This document shows, piece by piece, positions 1 to 7,582 of a stretch of 35,207 nt of DNA. Origin of the DNA: a virus. The translations under genes and the position numbers were made by a program. The notes under the pieces were generated by a model. That model was not told the DNA's origin and made no database searches. It saw only the letters and a program-made list of their open reading frames with translations. How positions within the stretch are numbered: the stretch's first letter is position 1; each line of letters starts with the position of its first letter. The DNA lies in the IMG/VR virus record IMGVR_UViG_3300045454_000087; one strand, written 5' to 3'.

Positions 1-127
1 TAACGTTCTATGGATTACAATGGTAAAATAGATTAATTGAAAGTCAAAATTCGATTAATCCAAGAGGTAAACCAATGTCGCCAAAAGTAATAAACCTTGC
101 CTGCCCTACCTGCGGAGGGAAAATTGA
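1..127 (+). repeat. Terminal direct repeat, left copy (circular-contig overlap)
   Basis: Identical base for base to 35081-35207. It includes the RBS and first 53 nt of the ORF starting at 75. Confidence 0.95.
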
Positions 128-683
128 TGCTGGCAATCAAAGTGGTCAATGTGTTTGCTCATATTGTGGGAACCAGTTACAAATATCTGAGAATGAGGGG
201 GAGCTTACATTAAAGCCATTTGTTGAAGTAGCTAAAACCATAGAACACAGTATGAATTTTGCCGCATCTGAAATGGCCATCAAAAGAATTCGAGTCGAGC
301 TCGAAAAATTGCATCATAAAAAGCAGTCCTATTCGTTGAACTGGGATAACCTGAAGAAGATTCAATCCAAAAGATCAAATTACAAACGTTCAATCATTAT
401 CTTTATAGGTATTATGCTGGGAAGTTTTCCTCTTTTCATTATTGCAGTAGCTGTAGATTTAATATGGTTAGGCATACTCTGTGTATTTGCCTTCGTAAGT
501 GCATTTTTTGCAATTTTATATACCATTTCGAAAAGCATTAGAAGAAAAATGCTTGACAAGGATTATTTGAAATTGTCAGAACACATAATTCCCTTAGAGG
601 AACAAATTTTCAAAAAGGAAAAGGAACTGGAAATGCACTTACGATTGGTCGAAAATTTTCAAGATAAACAAATTCAATATTAA
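75..683 (+). CDS. Zinc-ribbon membrane protein, function unknown (moron between repressor and attP/int)
   Basis: ATG at 75 with AAGAGG 7 nt upstream. N-terminal CPTCG...CSYCG zinc ribbon, two long hydrophobic helices (IIIFIGIMLGSFPLFIIAVAV; LGILCVFAFVSAFFAILY) and coiled-coil-like K/E-rich flanks. Clearly more AT-rich than the rest of the genome. Confidence 0.75.
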   Translation: MSPKVINLACPTCGGKIDAGNQSGQCVCSYCGNQLQISENEGELTLKPFVEVAKTIEHSMNFAASEMAIKRIRVELEKLHHKKQSYSLNWDNLKKIQSKRSNYKRSIIIFIGIMLGSFPLFIIAVAVDLIWLGILCVFAFVSAFFAILYTISKSIRRKMLDKDYLKLSEHIIPLEEQIFKKEKELEMHLRLVENFQDKQIQY

Positions 684-812
684 CAAATCGCACTGTAATC
701 CAAAACGCTCAACTCCATCGGACTAATGGAAAAATATCAAACTTACACCCCATATATGCCGGTCGAACCTCGATTTTAGCCTATATATCGCCCCTTACGA
801 TTATTTCCTTAA

Positions 813-870
813 TCCGGACTTAAAATCCGCCGGTGGTGACACCTTGTGGGTTCGATTCCCACCCGCCCCA
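813..870 (+). other. attP core: copy of the 3' portion of a tRNA-Leu(UAA) (anticodon loop to discriminator)
   Basis: Anticodon stem-loop CGGA-CTTAAAA-TCCG (anticodon TAA). Long variable arm GGTG-GTGA-CACC. T-arm GTGGG-TTCGATT-CCCAC. Acceptor 3' strand CCGCCCC plus discriminator A. No matching 5' acceptor or D-arm lies upstream, so this is a fragment. It sits directly upstream of the integrase. Confidence 0.7.
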
Positions 871-943
871 TATACAGCATATACAGGGTGTGAAAGAGCT
901 TCAGCCGGCACATATGGGAGTATCCCAGAAAGGCCGGTTTGTC

Positions 944-1843
944 ATGCAAAATAAACTACAGCGGATTTTTGTTAAAGACGTTGTCCAAAAATTCATGATG
1001 GCCAAAGAGTCAGAGGGGTTAGCTTCCGGATCTCTACGCTTTTATCATCAGAAACTGGAACCATTTATAGCATTTTGTGAAAAGTGTGGCTGCCCAGAAA
1101 TACTCAGTATTGAGGGGGATTTGATTCGGCAGTTCTTGCTGAGCTTGCATGAAAAGCATTCACCTGGCGGTGTTCATTCGTTTTTTCGTGCTGTCCATGC
1201 TCTGTTCACCTGGTATGATACTGAGTATGAGGGGGAGAATTGGCGCAACCCCATATCCCGAATCAAAGCTCCCAAAGTGCCTGAAGAAATATTGGACCCT
1301 GTTTCAGAAGATACGGTTCGAGCGTTAATAAGAACTTGTAAGGATGATTTTTACGGCGTTCGTGATAAAGCAATTTTGTTATTGCTGGACAACACCGGAT
1401 TACGCGCCTCAGAACTATTAAATCTTGATCTTGACTCTGTAGATTTACCTTTATCGGTTTTATATGTTGAAAGGGGAAAGGGCGGCCATCCACGGGCAAT
1501 AGATTTTAATCGAGAGGTGAAACGTTCCCTGCGATCATATTTAAAACAACGGTTATCAACTGACACTTACGCTTTTTTCATTAATCGATATGGTGAAAGA
1601 TTGACGTATGACAATTTACGCAATATGCTAGCGCGGCGAGCCAAATGTGCAGGTATTTTTCCACCTACATTGCATTCATTTAGGCGCAAACATGCGCTTG
1701 ATTTGCATCGAGCCGGAGAATCATTATTGACTATTCAACATCGATTAGGGCACAGGACTGACCGGGTATTGAAGAGATATATAAAACTTACTCGTGAAGA
1801 TATGATAAAAAGTGCCCGCAGATTGAAAAAGGCTATCCGATAA
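944..1843 (+). CDS. int: Tyrosine recombinase / phage integrase (XerC/D-like)
   Basis: Catalytic-domain signature: TGLRASELLNL (Arg I), HSFRRKHA (H-x-x-R) and LGHRTDRVLKRY (His...Tyr). N-terminal SAM-like core-binding region. The ORF is open from 833, but that extension only reads through the tRNA fragment. ATG 944 (or 914) is the likely start. Confidence 0.9.
   Translation: MQNKLQRIFVKDVVQKFMMAKESEGLASGSLRFYHQKLEPFIAFCEKCGCPEILSIEGDLIRQFLLSLHEKHSPGGVHSFFRAVHALFTWYDTEYEGENWRNPISRIKAPKVPEEILDPVSEDTVRALIRTCKDDFYGVRDKAILLLLDNTGLRASELLNLDLDSVDLPLSVLYVERGKGGHPRAIDFNREVKRSLRSYLKQRLSTDTYAFFINRYGERLTYDNLRNMLARRAKCAGIFPPTLHSFRRKHALDLHRAGESLLTIQHRLGHRTDRVLKRYIKLTREDMIKSARRLKKAIR
1100..1110. repeat. 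Iterated palindrome ATACTSAGTAT, perfect copy
   Basis: ATACTCAGTAT followed by TGAGGGGGAT. It lies inside int and is read as ILSIEG. Confidence 0.95.
1218..1228. repeat. Iterated palindrome ATACTSAGTAT, perfect copy
   Basis: ATACTGAGTAT followed by GAGGGGGAG. It lies inside int in a different codon phase and is read as DTEYEGE. Confidence 0.95.
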
Positions 1844-1860
1844 TTACTATCCGATAATTA
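1833..1860. repeat. Tandem 14-bp duplication CTATCCGATAATTA x2 spanning two convergent stop codons
   Basis: Read directly: 1833-1846 equals 1847-1860. The first copy holds the int stop (TAA 1841-1843). The second holds the stop of the minus-strand gene (CTA 1847-1849). Confidence 0.9.
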
Positions 1861-2470
1861 TTACTTGAAATTCCCCGCCTGGCGGGATAAATGTTATCTC
1901 CAAATAAGGTCTCTGTGCTACCGTGCTGTGTTCGCGACTCGAAAATTGATAGCGGTCGTTCAACTCCGTGCGCATCCTCAGGATGTACCCCTCGTACACG
2001 ACTGAGCCATTGACGATGTTTTGCAGATCGGTGATGCCCGCCGCCACAAACGCTATCGGTTTCCATCCCACCGCCTCGGTCGCCGAAAATGAGCGGCTGC
2101 CCAAAACCGTGTTGACAAAATCGGTTGTGGTCGAGCCACAACCCGCAGTGCCCCAGTTGACGCCCGTGCGGGCGATGTTCCAGGTCGCTTCCATCTCGAC
2201 CCACGGGCGGATGACACGGAAAATGTCCATTGTGCGGGCATTGTCGGACGCCTCTACATCCATATGTAAATGCAGTGTGGCCGACTGAATTGTTGATCCT
2301 GCAGGAACATGAGTCAAAATATCAAACCAAATCAACGATCTAGACAGCCACCCCGTACCGGCTGTCGATTCACCAACACGTAAACCGGTAAAACTCCCGT
2401 GATTACCTGTCGCTTCATGTTGATGAATATCGGTGTCTCTCCCAGGACTAATGTTGACCGTTACCGTCAT
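1847..2470 (-). CDS. DNRLRE-like domain protein (last gene of fibre cluster; carbohydrate-binding type accessory)
   Basis: Pattern ...SRSLIWFDILTHVPAGSTIQSATLHLH...IRPWVEMEATW...NWGTAG resembles the DNRLRE/CBM-like domain. It has a 4-nt overlap with the upstream fibre gene. Confidence 0.5.
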   Translation of the reverse strand: MTVTVNISPGRDTDIHQHEATGNHGSFTGLRVGESTAGTGWLSRSLIWFDILTHVPAGSTIQSATLHLHMDVEASDNARTMDIFRVIRPWVEMEATWNIARTGVNWGTAGCGSTTTDFVNTVLGSRSFSATEAVGWKPIAFVAAGITDLQNIVNGSVVYEGYILRMRTELNDRYQFSSREHSTVAQRPYLEITFIPPGGEFQVIIIG

Positions 2471-3078
2471 GTGCGCCTCACTACCAGAACGAGCGTGACC
2501 TGCTGGATGGTCGCCACCGAGTCCACGTTGAACGCTAAAATGTCACCTGCAGCAAGCGTTTTTGTCCAGCCGGTAAGAGTAGTATCCTGTGACTTTTGCG
2601 CGCTGCTAAGCGTCGGCTTGGCTGTACTGCAAATTGAATCAGTTACTGTTGGCGGAGCATTACTGTAAGTATCACGCCAAATGTCCACCACAATCGAGCC
2701 CGATATATTCGCTAATAGCGTGACACGCTCGATCTCGCAGTTGTACGGTATTTCCAGAAAACCCTTGATGCCGGTGGTGATGACCACCGAACCATTGCCT
2801 AAAATGACATTGATCGTTGAGCGAATAATGAGGTCGGGCTCATTTTCCAATATAGTTACACGTCCATTCAAAGCAGCAATATCAGTATGGGCAGTATCTA
2901 TGCCAGTCTCGATATTATTCATTCGAGCAGCCGTAATTGTAGTGCCCGCCTGCACAATAGCAGGGACAAGCTGCAACACAGTATCTGGCAATAGTGTATT
3001 CCCACTGACATCCTTGATGTGATATGTCTCATCGCCAGCCAAAATTTCATCGACCCAGGTAGTCTTTGTGTAAGGCAT
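2467..3078 (-). CDS. Tail fibre protein (paralogue of 4371-4961)
   Basis: The N-terminus MPYTKTTWVDE...ITAARMNNIETGID parallels MQKQYVKTNWIDE...ITATRLNNLENGVD of the other fibre gene. It lies in the tail-fibre cluster. Confidence 0.6.
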   Translation of the reverse strand: MPYTKTTWVDEILAGDETYHIKDVSGNTLLPDTVLQLVPAIVQAGTTITAARMNNIETGIDTAHTDIAALNGRVTILENEPDLIIRSTINVILGNGSVVITTGIKGFLEIPYNCEIERVTLLANISGSIVVDIWRDTYSNAPPTVTDSICSTAKPTLSSAQKSQDTTLTGWTKTLAAGDILAFNVDSVATIQQVTLVLVVRRT

Positions 3079-3094
3079 AAGCGTTACTCCACTC

Positions 3095-3514
3095 TTATGA
3101 TAAGCGCATAATGAATACCAGCTTAATGTGCCGGTTCAGATTCGATGCTGCTCCGGTTTGCCCGATCCCATGCCGGTGTGCGCCGCCAGAATACACCAGG
3201 AAACCAGCGTCATGATTGTGATTAGCAGCGCGAAAGACATTCGTCCCAGACGGGCCTTTATCAGCAGATACACCTGAATTCGACCACGAATGAAGTACCG
3301 AGTGAACATGCGCTCCATTTTCGCTGGTGGCATTGGTTGGATAGGTATGCGTGTGTGTAGCAGCCCCTCCGGTCGTTTTCAATTCTCCGTCATTGGCAGC
3401 GCCTTTCGGCATCCTGCCGCGTATATCGGGTGTGCCATTCTGTCCATCACACAACACCCAACCTAACGGGATATCCGCGTTTCTCCAGGCAATGATAGTT
3501 CCTATTTCAAACAT
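3095..3514 (-). CDS. Tail-collar-like fibre module with four G/A-x-H-x-H motifs
   Basis: IPLGWVLCDGQNGTPDIRGR (tail-collar-like P-x-GW-x-CDG...D-[IL]-RG), followed by ATHTH, GAHVH, ANHNH and GAHRH. Confidence 0.6.
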   Translation of the reverse strand: MFEIGTIIAWRNADIPLGWVLCDGQNGTPDIRGRMPKGAANDGELKTTGGAATHTHTYPTNATSENGAHVHSVLHSWSNSGVSADKGPSGTNVFRAANHNHDAGFLVYSGGAHRHGIGQTGAASNLNRHIKLVFIMRLS

Positions 3515-3516
3515 CT

Positions 3517-4374
3517 TTATCCTTTCTGTATGAAATAGACTAATGCAAATGGAGGTTCATACGCAGCAGCATTGGTATCAACCACGTCATGATCATGTGC
3601 TCCACTACTGGATGTTTGTCCACTGGTGGAATGGGTATGATTCCCGGCTGCGACGGAATGTACACCGGTCGAGAAACCCTGATTGGCAGTGGCTGTGGCA
3701 TTGGACAATGAACCACCGTATGAATGCGTATGACCTCCGCCGGATGCAGCTTTACTGTTGCTATGCTGGTGATTGGCGGCTCCCGCACTTTGACCAACAT
3801 CGCTATCAAGGTTAGCCCCAAAGATAAATTGGCCGCGCAAATCGATTCTCCCGCCTAATCCGTCACAAATATTCCATCCCGCTGGAATTTGTGCAATGGG
3901 CAGCACAGTCATGACAATCACGCCATTGGGAATGGCGCTGCCTGATACTCTCCGAATCCAATACAAACGCTTCGATGGCGGCAAACCCATAACAGTATTG
4001 GTATCCAACAAGGTGTGTGAGTGATTCCCTCCAGAGCCGGTGGATGCCAACCAGCTCGAATGGGTATGTTCACTTGCGATCGATGAGCCGCCTCCAGCAG
4101 GACCAATCTCTACGATCGAGCTTGCGCCGCTTTGTGTGCCCACCTCAGCCGTGTGTGTGTGATTTGCAACGGCATTCATCGTTGGGTTTGTGTGAAGGTG
4201 CGTATTCTCTCCGATTGGTGTTTCGACAATATCATCCGGTGTTGCACCCAGAATATAAGCATCCTTTGTCGGAGCATAGATCGACCAGTCTGCAGGCAAC
4301 GCAGATGCCACACCATGCCATAGTACAATTGCGTCAATCAGGCTACCAGAAGAAGGGTTTTGAATGACAATCAC
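3517..4374 (-). CDS. Tail fibre protein made of two tail-collar-like / HxH modules
   Basis: Internal duplication. Each half has a W/GW motif (LPADWSIY; IPAGWNICDGLGGRIDLRGQ) followed by four HxH motifs (HLH, HTH, HTH, HSH / HQH, HTH, HTH, HDH). The protein is Gly/Ser/His-rich. Confidence 0.6.
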   Translation of the reverse strand: MIVIQNPSSGSLIDAIVLWHGVASALPADWSIYAPTKDAYILGATPDDIVETPIGENTHLHTNPTMNAVANHTHTAEVGTQSGASSIVEIGPAGGGSSIASEHTHSSWLASTGSGGNHSHTLLDTNTVMGLPPSKRLYWIRRVSGSAIPNGVIVMTVLPIAQIPAGWNICDGLGGRIDLRGQFIFGANLDSDVGQSAGAANHQHSNSKAASGGGHTHSYGGSLSNATATANQGFSTGVHSVAAGNHTHSTSGQTSSSGAHDHDVVDTNAAAYEPPFALVYFIQKG

Positions 4375-4961
4375 GGCAACTCCGCTAAAATGATAACATC
4401 AAGCCCGCGTACACCAGTACCGGCGCCATCTACATCTACTCGTATTCTCTCGCCCGTAACCAAATTCTTTTGGGCAGCAGCCACTACAGCAGGCACAGCA
4501 GCAGTGTAGCTGTTAAATTCTCCCTGATCGATTGTAGCCGGAGTACTCAGTATGTCGGAGGAGCGGGAAAGATTATGCAACTGGACAGTAACTACACCTG
4601 CGGATGATGGCGTATAAACTGCAATATGCACCGAGGTAATATTCATACCATTGACAGCCGCAGGAACAGTGAAAATCATTCTCCCGTCGCCTACACTAAG
4701 CGAGGCATCATCAGACAACACTTTCAGGTAGATCGTCTCACGAGATACATTCACCATGAGAGTATCCAATGAATCCACGCCGTTTTCGAGGTTGTTCAAC
4801 CTGGTGGCGGTGATAGCTGTACCCGGTGTTGTGATGGTGGTTGCCGGAGTGATTTCCACTTCTGCATGAATGATCGATGCACCCTCAACGATACGATATT
4901 TCACTGGCGTCGAAGCAGGTATTTCATCGATCCAGTTCGTTTTCACATATTGCTTCTGCAT
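4371..4961 (-). CDS. Tail fibre protein (paralogue of 2467-3078)
   Basis: Shares its N-terminal motif with 2467-3078 and is translationally coupled to its neighbours. Confidence 0.6.
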   Translation of the reverse strand: MQKQYVKTNWIDEIPASTPVKYRIVEGASIIHAEVEITPATTITTPGTAITATRLNNLENGVDSLDTLMVNVSRETIYLKVLSDDASLSVGDGRMIFTVPAAVNGMNITSVHIAVYTPSSAGVVTVQLHNLSRSSDILSTPATIDQGEFNSYTAAVPAVVAAAQKNLVTGERIRVDVDGAGTGVRGLDVIILAELP

Positions 4962-5521
4962 TACAAATACCTCCGATGGGCATTCTGGCGTCTCATGCCA
5001 GTTCCGGCTTGTGTAACACCAGTGCGAGGTCTGCGAACCGGCGTTGGAGCATCAGGTACAAACGCAAACATCCGAAATCTAATCTGCCACATACGGCTCT
5101 GGCCGGCTGCGCCGACGCCGGCATACACGAGATAGTGCATTTGCCGGAGAATAAATGACCTCATTATCTCTATGTTGCGTTCAATTTCGTTGATGTCTTC
5201 GTAATTTGGGGATGTGCCGCCTGCCCCCTCAACATACTGAGTATTGGGGGACGATAGAGAAGCATCAACGTACTTTTCCCATTTTGCAACATTGATTACT
5301 TCTAAAAAGTGATTGAATTCAGTAACGGTAGGGATGGTTTGACGGGTAGGCTCTGGTAATGTTTCATAGTCAATTCCGGCATTGTGTAAAAAATTGATCA
5401 GCGCTGCCACTACGGATGCATTACCATAAATGCGCACCCAATCAACGACATTGAAAAAAGCCTTAGAGGTGCGATTAACAATGTCTTCACTGGTGCGATC
5501 CGTAATCGGTTTAAGCCACAT
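4961..5521 (-). CDS. Baseplate/fibre-associated structural protein, function unknown
   Basis: ATG 5521 has GGAG 8 nt upstream and overlaps the upstream stop (cATGTGGCTTAA). The ORF track extends to 5566, but that part overlaps the previous gene. The C-terminus is Arg-rich. Confidence 0.55.
   Translation of the reverse strand: MWLKPITDRTSEDIVNRTSKAFFNVVDWVRIYGNASVVAALINFLHNAGIDYETLPEPTRQTIPTVTEFNHFLEVINVAKWEKYVDASLSSPNTQYVEGAGGTSPNYEDINEIERNIEIMRSFILRQMHYLVYAGVGAAGQSRMWQIRFRMFAFVPDAPTPVRRPRTGVTQAGTGMRRQNAHRRYL
5234..5244. repeat. Iterated palindrome ATACTSAGTAT, perfect copy
   Basis: CCCCCTCAAC-ATACTGAGTAT-TGGGGGAC, with G/C runs on both sides. The minus-strand gene reads NTQYVEG. Confidence 0.95.
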
Positions 5522-7205
5522 GTTCCACTCCAATAATTTCTGTGTTGACAATGAAACCTCGCGCAAGATCGGTATCCATTTTTTCGATCACGCCCCGTAA
5601 GGTTTTACCATACATTGTTTCGATGTTGACCACATCACCAGGTTGTACGGATGGCGCAAACAATTGAACTTTTTGCAGGTATCTTTGTTGATAATAATCG
5701 TACAATCGCTGCGTAATTTGGACCAGGTTGTTAGGATTGACCAAATAGGCATCTTTTACTTCCAACACATTCGGCTTGACAGATATGCTCAATCCTGGCG
5801 TGTGTATGGCATGTCCACGGGTGATTTCATTGTACGTCTGGCCGGTCAAGATTACCTGGCCTGATGTAGCTACATTTATAATGGCATAGTTTGCGCCGCT
5901 CTCGGCAATCGTGCCTCCACTAATACTGAGTGTATGCATAGGCTGGCTAAAAAGAATTTCATGTAATCCTGCCGGCAGATTATCCTTAAATAGCTCCTTG
6001 CTCTCCGTAGATGGTAAATAAGAGTGTGCAATTACAGTAACACCAGTAACCAGCGGGCGCATGGCAATCGATTGATTCATACCCTTTTCGGAACGAGTTA
6101 TGGTTGCAGCAGCCACTTCTTGTGCTGCGATACGTGAACGATATATTTTGATTGTCCATGATCGGGAACAATCCACTGCTGCGCCGGCAGCGAAGGCAAT
6201 CTGCTGTAATGTTTTTCTCAGGGTGCCATAAGGTATCCAGCCGCTGATTAACACATTATTTAGGTTGGGATCCAATTGATAGGGTATTGATGCAGCGCTC
6301 ATGATGTCGTACAGCAAATCTTCCAGGCGTACAGCAGTATACATACCTCCACGATGAGGAATACTATCCAATACACCTGCCATGTCTATTGCTCGAAATT
6401 CAATTTCCTGTTTGCTCTTGTTCTCCCAGGTGTCCAGATAGAATTGCCCTATTAGATTGATTGCTCCATCCACATATAGATATGCAGCAATTGGCTGACG
6501 GGTTGCCAGCGCCGCAAATTCACCGGCAGGATTTAAAATCGAAAATTGCTCATCTTCTGAGAATAATGTCAAATTAAATGCATTAACTCGTAATGATGTG
6601 CTCAAAGGATCAACTTCCTCTATTACAGCCGCGCTTTTGATACTCTCGCCGGTGAACGTGATAAGTTTTCCAAAATCAATCCCCAACAAACGAAAATAGC
6701 GATAAGGACGAGAGGTTTTCTGAAATGTTATGACAATTCGATTAAAACTCGATACAAATTGGTTTGCAGAAAATTCTACATCTGTCGGGAAATATGTGTT
6801 GGATATAATCAAAGCTGCGCCATTATAATAATCAACTTTGATCTCTGATGCGTAATCGCCAGTGTTCAAGGAGAAACGAAAACCAATTCCATCAGTATCA
6901 TGTAGCTGGCTAAATGTGATCTCTAATACAGGTGGACTGATAAACCCACCACTGGCATTGCTCATCTCTAATGACATCATGCCCACCAACGCCTTGGAAG
7001 GATCGACAGGGATAAAACGATAGCGCCCATCTAAAACCCAGTAATCAGGCTCATACGTGATCGATGGATACAGTAATACATTGTCCGTTTTCAAATTGGC
7101 AACATTAGAAAATGGCTGTAATGCGGTTGTTGTAGAAATAGTGGCATCCTGTTTGATCTCAATTACATATAAACCAAACGAAATGCGTGGTGTCGTTACT
7201 GGCAT
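5511..7205 (-). CDS. Tail tip / baseplate hub protein (Tal-like minor structural protein)
   Basis: 564 aa, positioned two genes after the tape measure, as is typical for siphovirus Tal. No catalytic motif recognised. Confidence 0.5.
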   Translation of the reverse strand: MPVTTPRISFGLYVIEIKQDATISTTTALQPFSNVANLKTDNVLLYPSITYEPDYWVLDGRYRFIPVDPSKALVGMMSLEMSNASGGFISPPVLEITFSQLHDTDGIGFRFSLNTGDYASEIKVDYYNGAALIISNTYFPTDVEFSANQFVSSFNRIVITFQKTSRPYRYFRLLGIDFGKLITFTGESIKSAAVIEEVDPLSTSLRVNAFNLTLFSEDEQFSILNPAGEFAALATRQPIAAYLYVDGAINLIGQFYLDTWENKSKQEIEFRAIDMAGVLDSIPHRGGMYTAVRLEDLLYDIMSAASIPYQLDPNLNNVLISGWIPYGTLRKTLQQIAFAAGAAVDCSRSWTIKIYRSRIAAQEVAAATITRSEKGMNQSIAMRPLVTGVTVIAHSYLPSTESKELFKDNLPAGLHEILFSQPMHTLSISGGTIAESGANYAIINVATSGQVILTGQTYNEITRGHAIHTPGLSISVKPNVLEVKDAYLVNPNNLVQITQRLYDYYQQRYLQKVQLFAPSVQPGDVVNIETMYGKTLRGVIEKMDTDLARGFIVNTEIIGVEHVA

Positions 7206-7582
7206 CAGGGCTTCCTCGCCGGCTCTTTGGCAATGAAACGTGCCGAAAGTTCTTTCCAGTACGGTTTGCCATCTTTAATTCGATATAGCGCATCTTTCAC
7301 ACTGGAGATGTAGCCGGTAAAACGATAAACAGCATTCGTGCCCGGCACTTCGATAGTATGAAAAGCTGTCGGCTCAGTAAGTTTATTATAAAGATTAAAA
7401 TATAACGATTGATCGAAAATTTCACCAAAGGTGATGCTATAGTTGTAATAAACGCCAATGATTTCACGCCTCAGACTGCCGTCCTCAGTGCGTTCCGCGT
7501 ATTTGTCCAACACATCCGCCTGACGTTGCACATCCACATACGGCACTTGATAGATCACGCCATCGATCTTGATATAGTTCAC
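7205..7582 (-). CDS. Small distal-tail protein candidate
   Basis: 125 aa, overlapping the TMP stop and the next gene's start. The call rests on position only. Confidence 0.35.
   Translation of the reverse strand: MNYIKIDGVIYQVPYVDVQRQADVLDKYAERTEDGSLRREIIGVYYNYSITFGEIFDQSLYFNLYNKLTEPTAFHTIEVPGTNAVYRFTGYISSVKDALYRIKDGKPYWKELSARFIAKEPARKP

Noticed and set aside
833-943. N-terminal extension of the integrase ORF from GTG 833
   Set aside because: The extension simply reads through the tRNA-Leu fragment (translated as VTPCGFDSHPPH). ATG 944 (or 914) gives a normal integrase N-terminus.
1847-4961. Diversity-generating retroelement acting on the fibre genes
   Set aside because: There is no reverse transcriptase gene anywhere in the genome. 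I also saw no template/variable repeat pair. The internal repeats are protein-level module duplications.
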